Origin: Epithemia pelagica
Lineage: Eukaryota; Protista; Bacillariophyta
DNA: 64,000 bases
Assembly (NCBI GenBank): GCA_946965045.2
Contig: OX337239.1
Location: forward strand, 2,170,001-2,234,000
Direction of reading: 5' to 3'
Part shown: one piece after another, positions 54,889-64,000 of the stretch
Layout: the number at the start of each line of letters is the position of its first letter
Numbering within the stretch: the first letter of the stretch is position 1
Position numbers and translations under genes: made by a program
Notes under the pieces: model-generated
The model's database searches: none
What the model was told of the DNA's origin: nothing
The model's input: only the letters and a program-made list of their open reading frames with translations

Positions 54889-55857
54889 TTAGGAAACGCT
54901 CAAATGCCAGCGATACAGGATTTTATAGAGCAGGACCGTCAAATATAGCAGCCCTTCCGTAACATAGGCTGGCAACCACAAATGAAGAGAATCCGGTGGT
55001 ATGACATAGACGTGATAGCCAAAGTAAAACCAATCGTGTTGCCACCATTCCAAAGCACCATTTTGCATATCCTGGCCTGGTTCCTCCGACGGGTCATTAT
55101 GATTGTGCCGACAATGCGCCCACGACCAGATGCGACTGAGTGCATAGGTGGCCACACACACGGACCACGTGGTGATGCTGTGCCAATCGTGACCCCGTCT
55201 CCAACAATACCGCCAATAATAGTACGTCAACAACGGATGTCCCACCAAATCCAAACCATGAGACAGCACTTTGATCACATCCGAACCAATCAAGGTCCCG
55301 AGTGACTCGGTTGTTGTGGTCGGCGTTGTCGTGAAGGAGGACCACCATGCCCAATGGTAAATGCGTGCCGCACCGTCCTTGGTATCCTGGATCATCATGA
55401 ATTGTTTCATACTATCCGGCATGTTGAGGTAGAGAATGTGAGCAAAGCGACCATGAAGGAACCATTCCGTCAACAAGGAGGCATACCAGCCAGCCGTGAT
55501 GCTGAATCCTTGAACGGCCAAAAAACGAGCAAACCAATCATCGTCACGGCAAAGCGGAAACAAGAGGGACAGTCCGTGAAACCACTGTGTATAACCTCGA
55601 TTGATGTACACTTGAGTAGGAAGAAATAGGAACAAAAGTGTAAAGAGCAACCATGCCGGAAGATATGGAAGAGTAAATTGAGAAACAAGCGTTTCCTCCT
55701 CCACGGTTTGCAGAGTCGTGTATGGTTTGGTCTTGGCAATGGTGCTGTGGTTGGCATCCATGGCATTGTTGTGTGCGGCCTTGTCATTGAATGTCGTGTG
55801 GGTTGGGGCAAGAGGAGGAGGAGGAGGAGGATAGGGCATGACGGGATCCATTGCCAT
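54889..55857 (-). CDS. Hypothetical multi-pass membrane protein
   Basis: Single ORF with several hydrophobic, Trp/His-rich segments. The ATG at 55857 was chosen as start. Confidence 0.65.
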   Translation of the reverse strand: MAMDPVMPYPPPPPPLAPTHTTFNDKAAHNNAMDANHSTIAKTKPYTTLQTVEEETLVSQFTLPYLPAWLLFTLLFLFLPTQVYINRGYTQWFHGLSLLFPLCRDDDWFARFLAVQGFSITAGWYASLLTEWFLHGRFAHILYLNMPDSMKQFMMIQDTKDGAARIYHWAWWSSFTTTPTTTTESLGTLIGSDVIKVLSHGLDLVGHPLLTYYYWRYCWRRGHDWHSITTWSVCVATYALSRIWSWAHCRHNHNDPSEEPGQDMQNGALEWWQHDWFYFGYHVYVIPPDSLHLWLPAYVTEGLLYLTVLLYKILYRWHLSVS

Positions 55858-56326
55858 TTGAGTGGGCACGCCAAGTCGCTGCAGCAAGAATGGGGAGCAA
55901 GGAGGCCAGAAACTACCCCCTAACATACTCGTAATGCACTCCGACGAGTTCTTCGCCCTGATGCTCTCATCGAGAATCTGTTTGGTTGTTTGGCCACTGA
56001 GTCAGTAGGCAGTGGGGCTATAAATGCAAGAGACTACACTGTTGACCATAGTTTCCAGAGAAAGTCATCCCCACAGCGACCGAGGTCGATGATCGGTCGC
56101 ATTATGTCGTCCTTTTTCTCACATGAGAGGCACAATCACAATGGCGTCTCTGGTCTCGCTGTCTTGTGTGCCCACATTTATTTCTTGCAGTTTGTGCGGA
56201 GAACACAAACCATGGGAGCGGGAGTATTCTGACCTTCACATACGGTGCGCCTCACCCCACCATGACACTCCAGTCGATCCGCTCTCGAACCATACACATT
56301 TGGCAACCGCCCAGGCCAGGAGATAA

Positions 56327-57600
56327 ATGACGCAAAAGTTCCTCCTTGGTGGTGGTCTTTTGGCACGGTGTCTGTTTGGAACCAGTTGCTTTGTTTCGCC
56401 CACCTCCATCCAGATACATTCTCTCGACTCGAACGACGTGGAACGCAAACTAATGATCCGTGCCACCCTCCAATCCAATGGCGAAATGATGGGTGACCAA
56501 GATGCATGGCGCCAACACATTTGTGATCGAGTTGGACCTTTTTCTTGTCCAACACGGTGCAGAACAGCAACAGCACCGACCGTCCATACTACGAATTACC
56601 CTTCCTCACGGACTGGACAGCCGGAACACAGCATGGAGTAGTGATGACAAGGAGTATATCAGTACAGTCTTTACGCAAGCAATTAATTGTCCCGAATCAA
56701 GGTCGTACTGCAACGATGGAGGGGCACCCATCCGCTGCGCACGAACGAAACGGAGTTGGAATCCGTTGTCGAATTCGGGGAACCAGAAAAACTCGGAGTG
56801 ATCACAAGGGTTTGTGGACGACTGTACAGCCGAAACACACCATGGAGTAGTGATGACAAGGAGTATATCAGTACAGTCTTTATGCAAGCCATTCATTGTC
56901 CCGAATCAAGGTCGTACTGCAACAATGGAGGGGCACCCATCCGCGCTGCACAGTCTACAGGACGAACGAAACGGATTTGGAATCCTTTGTCAAATTTTGG
57001 GAACCAGAAACTCGGAGTGATCACGAGGGTTTGTGGACGAGATTTGTGTCATTTTCATGGAATGGTGGAGCCTGTCGTTGATCCACGCGAGAAAAAGGAG
57101 TACCCAATCCACAGTCTTTGGATCACACAAATCATGCAATCAAGGGAACCGAAAGAACGGAACCCAAAGGAGTAACAGCGATGGATATCTCCATAAACAC
57201 GACAAAACCTTGTACATCTTGCCAGCCTTTGAACAGTTTCCGGTTAATGGCACCACGAGTGTCGAATGATATGACAACTCTACCCAAAGACTCAGAAGGA
57301 ACTCATGAATGCCGTTGAGCAAAAACGTGTTGATACCTTCCACACGGGTCGGAAACCAGCACATGGAGCAACAGACTTTTCCCACTGGTTTTCGCTGGCA
57401 GAATCCAAACATGAAGAAGTAATAGATGAGCCCTATTGGGTTCCTGTTCTTGCAAATAATTTAAACCCTATATGTGGTGGAGCGAAAAGACCACTGGCCT
57501 CTCTTTTTTCCCAGGGTATCGTGGCTTTGGATTCAACAAGCCAGTTGGTACTGTGTGTAACGACGAACCAGAGTTTTCGCATACCAACTGCCATACATGG
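56327..57600 (+). pseudogene. Decayed GT49 (LARGE/B4GAT1-like) glycosyltransferase
   Basis: Fragments occur in correct order but in different frames: TM-like start, SRIKVVLQRWRG, LYILPAFE (57210-57233), KELMNAV...FH...HGATDFSHW, KPY, GYRGFGFNK (57514-57540). Multiple stops and frameshifts. Confidence 0.55.
56612..57039. repeat. Tandem duplication of ~209/219 bp within the GT49-like pseudogene
   Basis: 56612-56820 vs 56821-57039 share CATGGAGTAGTGATGACAAGGAGTATATCAGTACAGTCTTTA and CTCGGAGTGATCAC.AGGGTTTGTGGACG. Confidence 0.93.
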
Positions 57601-57622
57601 AAAAAATGGAATTACCATAGCC

Positions 57623-58282
57623 TCACAATTCACGCAAGTTGAATTTCTTGGAACGCATGGCATGTCTTGTTTCTTCGTTCAACGCATTAAGGATACAAAC
57701 CTCCATGTCCTCTGGTCGAAAACCATCAATAGAACCAAGTCTATCCAACCATTCTTGTAGAGTCAGACTCTTGTTGCCATCCAGATTGCGTTTGTTCGCA
57801 GAGTTGCAACGATCCATGATCAACAGGGACAAAAATTGTCGGACAATATCCGTGTTTCCGGTCAGAGCAGCAAAGTAAATGGCAGGACGCTGCTCAATAC
57901 TTCGAGTGAACAAACAGTCAACAAACCGTCGGAACGAATTCCGCGCCTGATACTTTTGGTCCATCATTCCTTCAACAATGGCGAGAACAGAGAGGAGATT
58001 CCCACGTTTGACCTCGACTTTGAGATCTTTGGCATTGTGCTTCTCTCGAACTCTGGAAGCTCTGAGGGACCAAGAGCAGAGCAAGCAACCAAGATGGTGA
58101 AGATTCCACAAAGCTATCTCGGCTATTGCGTCGACGGCGTGCTTGTTCGAGTCCCTGTACATCAACGAAGCAGGACCTCTTCTGTGAAGCAGCTTTCGCT
58201 TTCCAAGGGTCTGGACAAGACGAGCAAGAAATCGGCGAAATCCATGTGTCTTGCTTCGAGTATTCCCAGATGACTTTGTGGT
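57623..58282 (-). CDS. Ankyrin-repeat-like protein fragment or exon
   Basis: PAIYFAALTGNTDIVRQFL is ankyrin-like and is followed by CILNALNEETR. The frame is open from 58282, but no ATG start or upstream exon was resolved. Confidence 0.4.
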   Translation of the reverse strand, partial: TTKSSGNTRSKTHGFRRFLARLVQTLGKRKLLHRRGPASLMYRDSNKHAVDAIAEIALWNLHHLGCLLCSWSLRASRVREKHNAKDLKVEVKRGNLLSVLAIVEGMMDQKYQARNSFRRFVDCLFTRSIEQRPAIYFAALTGNTDIVRQFLSLLIMDRCNSANKRNLDGNKSLTLQEWLDRLGSIDGFRPEDMEVCILNALNEETRHAMRSKKFNLREL

Positions 58283-59336
58283 TCACATGAATCATCCGTA
58301 TTCCGTATGGGAGACAGCGAACAACCAGCCTACCGTCACAAGACCAACTGTTTCTTCAACATATGAAGAACGCGTATGGGTTCAGACTGTACAATCGTTT
58401 GGTGGCACCTTGTACCAAAATTTGTCTTGATGAGGACGGTAGAAGGAAGCTACTAGTATCTCCATGAATGCGTAGACAACCAGAGCACCAACACTTGGCG
58501 TAGTAGGACAACCCAGTTGTACTCCATACTGTAGGGCAAAGCATCTGGTCATCGACGATATTCTTGTTACTATGAAGATGAAAGTGTCTGAACTCAGAGC
58601 TGTCGTCACCCATGTCCCCTCTCATGGCCTCCAGAGGCAATTCAGGTATCGTTATCCATGCCGTTCCAACTAGTCATTGGTATCGGAACCATTGCTACCG
58701 TCACTCGGTCGCAGGAGCATGCAGCCTGTTGCATGCAGCCTGTTACATTCGTATTGTCTCGCTGCATCTCGGTAAGCCCTTTTTGGCACAATGCTCACAT
58801 GTTTTCCATTTCATCTCGACCTTGGCACTACATCTGTTCCAGACAGCGTGTGGCGTCTGTGTGCCATTGCGACTATGGGCCATTGACAGGGCTCTGTATC
58901 AGGAAACTGCATTCTCTATTGTGTTATCCGAAAAGTTCAACGATTCATTCGAAAGATCAGCGATAGTTGGGACAACAGGTACCATGACACCTTTTCCCAA
59001 ACCAACGCAACCTTCCTGGAGCCCCGTGCTGGTCTTTCTACACCGAGTTTGAGAAAAAGAATGACGGTCCCAACGTTGTCTTTCAGATAACCACAAACAC
59101 CGGTTCATAACATACTCTTTTACCACAGACGGCACAAGCAACAAATCAAGCAAGGTCCGATGGTCGATTCGATCTCATACGATCAACCACCACAACTTGA
59201 GTCGTAGGAACAGACATGACGACAACACACGTCACACGCACAAGGCCTTCCTTCCTTTTGAAAGCGAAGAGCACAATGGTGACGACACCGACACATGCGC
59301 TGAATATATAGATAGGGCTGAGTAGATTCATTCCCT

Positions 59337-60955
59337 CTAGTCACTGACCCAGGTCTGCCTTGGAAGCCACATATGCCAAAAGAAATCTGGTTGTGGTATA
59401 GAAATGAACAAAAGGAACGTTGTGCAAAGTCAGCATCCAATCCATCCAACAACAACAAAACACAGTCGCAGTATCGAGTAGCTACTTACATCCGAATCGA
59501 TCTGCTTGGTGTACCACTCGTGACCGCGTTCCGTCGGCTTGGGTAAAAAAACCATGGATATCGGTCAAATTATAGGAGGTTCCAATCCAATTGTCCTTGG
59601 AGGCTCCCGGAAAAGGTCGTTTAGCTGACACTGCCTGCTCCAGACCTTCCTCATCCATGCCCTGTTGACGCCATTTATTGAACAAAAGACTACCTTCCAC
59701 ACCAGGTGTATTGATAATTCCTTCACGATGGGGGATGGAATGGGCAAAGGGGAGCTGACCGGTATAGTAGAGATAATTGTGAATGCTTTGGTCGTCGCCA
59801 TGCATGGGAAATCGACACTCGGGACGTTGGATCCAAATTTTCATTTCTCCGTACATGACTTCCAAGTACTTGAGCATGGCGGCTCGAGTTCCAATGGTAG
59901 TTCCCGAACAAAGCATGGGTTCTTGAAGCTCAAACCCATGTTTGCATTGTTTTACCGGACTTTTGAAGAGCCAATGCTGCGTTCTGTCAACAGTATAATA
60001 ATAATATCATGTGTAAGAGCGGGTCGGTTAGAAACCAGCATGAATCGAATGCCATGTGAGACAACACACGACGACTACGACGACAAGGCTCCTGGATCCT
60101 GGATCGCGACAACTCCCTCACACCACTACTGGGTGGGTCGAGTGGAAGGACTTACGTTTGACTGGGATGTTCTTGAAAGACTTGAAGGCCGGTAATGGGT
60201 GGGGAACCCGGTCCAAATGGATCTCGTTGAAAAAAGGAGTCTCGAACGTCCATGATCAACACGGGGCCGGTGCAAGTCGTACATTCTTGCAACCAATCAC
60301 GTTGCAAGGGAAATCGACTCCATCGGGTTTTAATGTCAGGGTAGGGATGCGCACATTGTTTACCCGAAAAGGGATCACCCTTTTCGTTATTACTTTTGCT
60401 ATACGTACACTTGACAAACTGTAAGATTTTGGGCGTCACATTGCGAGTTTTGAAATAGTCCAATACTTCAGGTTTGACATCCGGCGACACACCCAGAATG
60501 ATATGGCCTCGATAGCCAGTTTTTCGTAAGGAACCTACAAATCGCTTGTACACATCCAAGCCATAACCAACCGCCATGCCCATGACGGTAGCGGTCGACG
60601 AATCACCTCGGATATTGACTGTTTCATCCAAGGCTGGATCCGACACATCCACTCCACCCTCCGAAGTGGTTTTTCGTTCAGCAGCAGTCTTCTTGTCGGG
60701 GTTACTCAGGTGATGTTGTGCCCCAGAAAGTCGCTTCTTCTTGTACTTGGTGGTGGAATGCTGTTTGCTTTCGTCCAAAACCTGGGACAATAGTGTCCAA
60801 TCATTGGGTGTTGTTGTGTTCCATCCATGGAGGAGAAAGAGTGTGATTCCAGCTACCACCAAAGTCAGGGACATCTTGCCGATGGCACCACCGCAGGAAC
60901 TTGTTCCTCCTGCTTTGGAAGATCTATTGGTGGAAGAGGACTTGATCTTGACCAT
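59337..60955 (-). CDS. Type II membrane putative glycosyltransferase (DxD motif), 3 exons: 60955-60156, 59983-59490, 59386-59337
   Basis: N-terminal TM, VLIMDVRDSFFQRDPF, MLCSGTTIG and DDQSIHNYL motifs. Two GTAAGT...CAG introns join in frame. Confidence 0.75.
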
Positions 60956-61106
60956 GGCGGCACAAAAGAGATTAATCCAGTACTATAGTAAATGGCGTTG
61001 GCGTTGTCAAACGATCCTTTCGTCTCTTGCTGCCGAACAAAGATTGTGCTACCCCCTGACGAAACCGGGGGTGTAGCAAAAGCATCGGATCGATTGCGCT
61101 GTGTAA

Positions 61107-61891
61107 GGCTATCTCCACCCGGGCCCGCTAAAGGCCCCAAAACCGCTATCGAACTCCACCATCTCCTCTAACCGCTAAACAGCTCCGCCATCCGCTATTT
61201 TTGCCGCTATTTAGGGCCCCGAATAGGGGGGAAAATAGCGGATAGCGGAGCAAAATATAACCATCGGCATAAATAAATTAACGTCTGCTGCCAACAGTGA
61301 AACTTTGAATCTCTCGTGTCGAATTGATTGTGACGATCGCTTACCGTCTCTTTTTCCATTGTTGTGTTCCCTACTTCCTACATTGGGACAAGAACCATGC
61401 ACAGCAAGATGATTCGAGGATCACGGATCGGAAGGAATGCAACAATCAAACAAATGCATCATTCAAACTATTGATGAGTTCGATTATCAATTATCAGACA
61501 ATCAGTCGGAAATCGGACAGGGAATAGGAAGATTGGACTGCAACCTACAACCTACAACCTACATCTACATTGGCCATGAACAACAACATGATTCACCATG
61601 ACAGTCAACAATGAAGAGGGAGAACAACGGGTCCTCCATCTTTGGTTTATGCTTTGTGCTCTCGTTGATTGTCTTGTTTGAATTCCGCAACTTCCGCGGT
61701 CGCACCCCTTTTTAACCGAAACAAAAGAGGGCATATGCGCAATGCGTACGCGCAACGCGAGATAGCGGCGTTCTTTTAACGGAGATCGTGGAGTTTATTT
61801 CCCTTTGGCTCCGCTAATCCGCTATCCGGATAGCGAGGCCAATCAGAAAGCCCCAATACGTCAGCATAGCGGCGCTCGGGTGGAGATAGCC
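61107..61891. mobile_element. PIF/Harbinger-type MITE, 785 bp
   Basis: Perfect 15-bp TIR GGCTATCTCCACCCG (extends imperfectly to ~25 bp), TAA TSD at 61104-61106 and 61892-61894, many subterminal CCGCTA/TAGCGG motifs, and no coding capacity. Confidence 0.92.
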
Positions 61892-62967
61892 TAAGAATCG
61901 TCATGGGCTTTTACAATGTCCCCTGGTGTTCGAACAGATCCCTTTGGGCATTCCCAAGAGCTAGCTACCTCTACTAGGTAATGAAAGAGAAACAGTACCC
62001 TTCGGGATGGAACGTCTGAGTTCAACGATCACCCAAACATAAAAGGGCTCATAACCTACCACGCCAACCTGACCCACCCATACCTCCCATGACGGCTGGG
62101 GCTGGCGTCCGCAATAAATCACAACCACCTCACCACGTCGGTCCACGTCAAAACAAGACGTGGAAAGAGTAGATCAAAACAACCTGAAATCCACCCACTA
62201 TGAGATGGGAGTCTAAAGTTCCATAACAATCATGACTAGGAGAATAAATTAAATTTCAAGCGTAACATTATGCCATCCAAACCATACAGCAACACTCAAG
62301 ACCCCTGTCTACCCGCTCACATGACCAAATCAATTTAACGAAAGAAACACAACAATGGATGCCTTGCCACCAACTTGACCATCATTTCAACATCCAAGGA
62401 CAACTGCAAAACCGCCGTCCAATTCTCTCCATAAATCTTTTGGATCACCGCTGCATCGTCATCTAATTCCGCACTCTATCCCGACTTTTTAAGAATCATA
62501 AAAGTTGGATCGACCCCCAAAAACTTATACAACTCCGCTTTAACATGGCAAACCTTCCAATAATAGTTAATAATGACGGTGAACTCCCCTAATAATGCAT
62601 TCGTAGCCACACGACAAGACAGCCAATTAACCACATTTTCATGGAACGTGACCGGCCATTCGCGACCAGACGGAATGGAACAATCATACCCACGCTCCCA
62701 CTCATTCAACAGATCAACATACAAATATGGTGTTGAGACCATTGAGCTCACGTGTGTTCCGTGGACACACTCCCTTGAACCGCCAGCGATCCGACAGACC
62801 AACCTGAGCCTGAAATTCCACTGACTTATCGCTTGTCTCAAAATCACAACTATCCATGGACAATTCAATATAATGGCACATGATCTTGACTATTTAACCA
62901 ACAACCCAACAGAAATCTATCTCACAGAATTTATGAGACCAATGAAAGCCCGATTTGGCTGTCTGAT

Positions 62968-63164
62968 GACGGATGATAGAACCGGACTTCACGACTCAAA
63001 TTTCTGACGGAAATGGACTGTCAATCCAAAACCATCAATGCATGTTTGATTTGTACACAAACAATTGATTGGAACGGACAAGAAACGACGCAAGGCCGAC
63101 GGATGATAGAACTGGGCCTCACGAATCAAATTTTTGACGGAAATGTACTGGTGTCAATCCAAAA
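62968..63164. repeat. Diverged ~65-bp direct repeat with 130-bp period, just downstream of the helicase stop
   Basis: GACGGATGATAGAAC...TCAAATTT.TGACGGAAATG.ACTG..TCAATCCAAAA at 62968-63031 and 63098-63164. Confidence 0.88.
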
Positions 63165-63179
63165 ACATCGAAAGCGGTA

Positions 63180-64000
63180 CTATCCCCTTTCCTCCTCAAA
63201 CAGAACAACCTTTTCAGGTAGCTGTTTAGTCTCCCTGAACAACTCATAGAATCTCGCACACTCTTCCGAAATGCCTCTTGTTTTGTCCAAATTTAACGGC
63301 TGCCGCAAAAACAAACCATTCAAAGTAGCACAACGAGACAAACACACATACACCCAATTATCCGTATAGTCCCATGAACTAATCACCAAATGACGCAACG
63401 ACCTTCCCTGCAATTTATGTCCTGTTCGTGCATTTGATACATTAATCGGAAACTGCTTCAGCCTCATAGTCTTCTTTATCCTCACATTCCTACCAAATTC
63501 CGGCAGAAGAAACTGAACAGTCGCTGTAACTTTTGTAGCCTCCAAATTCACTACGAAACCTTCAACACCATCTTGCATTGTCACTCTCAAACTCTGAACT
63601 TGTGACACACTGACACACCAAACAAAGTAGCCATCAATACATATCTTCTCCATATCACCAACTGTAACTCCTGGCATCAACACAACTTCACGGAAAGTGC
63701 ACATTGCCCCATTAGCAACACACCTCTCAACATCGATATTGTCATTAATCATCAATGGACGACCATAGTAAAATTTCAACAATGGGTCGTAATGCTTATT
63801 ATCTTTACTCTTAACATGTCCTTCACCACAATACGCATATAACATGTCTTTACTGGCCGAATTAAAGTCCACATAGTCTCTTCTCGTCTTTGGCTTCTTC
63901 CAACGCAAGTCAGACGCACGAACGCAAATCGTATGCAAAGGGGGGTCCCTTTCCGGATCCTTTGAATGTGTTTCTGTTAAATGTTTGCAAAAGATGGCAT
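63180..64000 (-). mobile_element. C-terminal part of a PIF1-family SF1B helicase, probably a Helitron-like Rep/helicase (runs off the window)
   Basis: PLMINDNIDV...ANG, QFPINVSNARTGHKLQGRSL and WVYVCLSRCATLNGLFL correspond to PIF1 motifs IV-VI. A host PIF1 gene cannot be excluded from this fragment. Confidence 0.7.

Noticed and set aside
58356-59300. Additional gene between the ankyrin-like fragment and the glycosyltransferase
   Set aside because: Only short ORFs on both strands without motifs or a consistent splice model. It may hold upstream exons, but this cannot be supported.
61944-61966. Helitron 3' terminus (weak hairpin followed by CTAG)
   Set aside because: It is on the opposite strand from the helicase ORF, the stem is weak, and the hairpin-to-CTAG spacing is too short.

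Overview
Eukaryotic nuclear DNA, most likely from a pennate diatom. This is inferred from CoDi-type Ty1/copia elements, short GT-AG introns and diatom-style LRR and secreted proteins. 1-10000 is a nested pair of Ty1/copia LTR retrotransposons. A young 8178-bp element (1187-9364, minus strand) has 758-bp LTRs with only 4 differences seen and a GGGAC target-site duplication. It is inserted at the RT/RNase H junction of an older copia whose 3' LTR ends near 10000. The inner element has an extra ORF before gag, two in-frame TGA stops, and a primer-binding site matching the anticodon arm of tRNA-Asn (half-tRNA priming). 10-39 kb holds host genes: an SGNH-like protein, a hypothetical, a long SKA1-like protein, a 2-kaa PDZ protein with a tandemly duplicated ~1.05-kb upstream region, a DOT1-like methyltransferase, MOB, a hypothetical, an LRR protein and PIG-L. 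39-54 kb holds two tandem paralogous giant secreted Cys-rich, Pro/Ser-linked modular proteins (2104 and 2311 aa). Their repeats are homogenised around a variable ~70-aa window, and they share a near-identical 2.6-kb 3' block. 54-64 kb holds a membrane protein, a decayed GT49-like gene with an internal duplication, an ankyrin-like fragment, a DxD glycosyltransferase-like gene, a PIF/Harbinger MITE and the 3' end of a PIF1-type (Helitron-like) helicase. All family assignments come from motif recognition by eye; no database searches were run.
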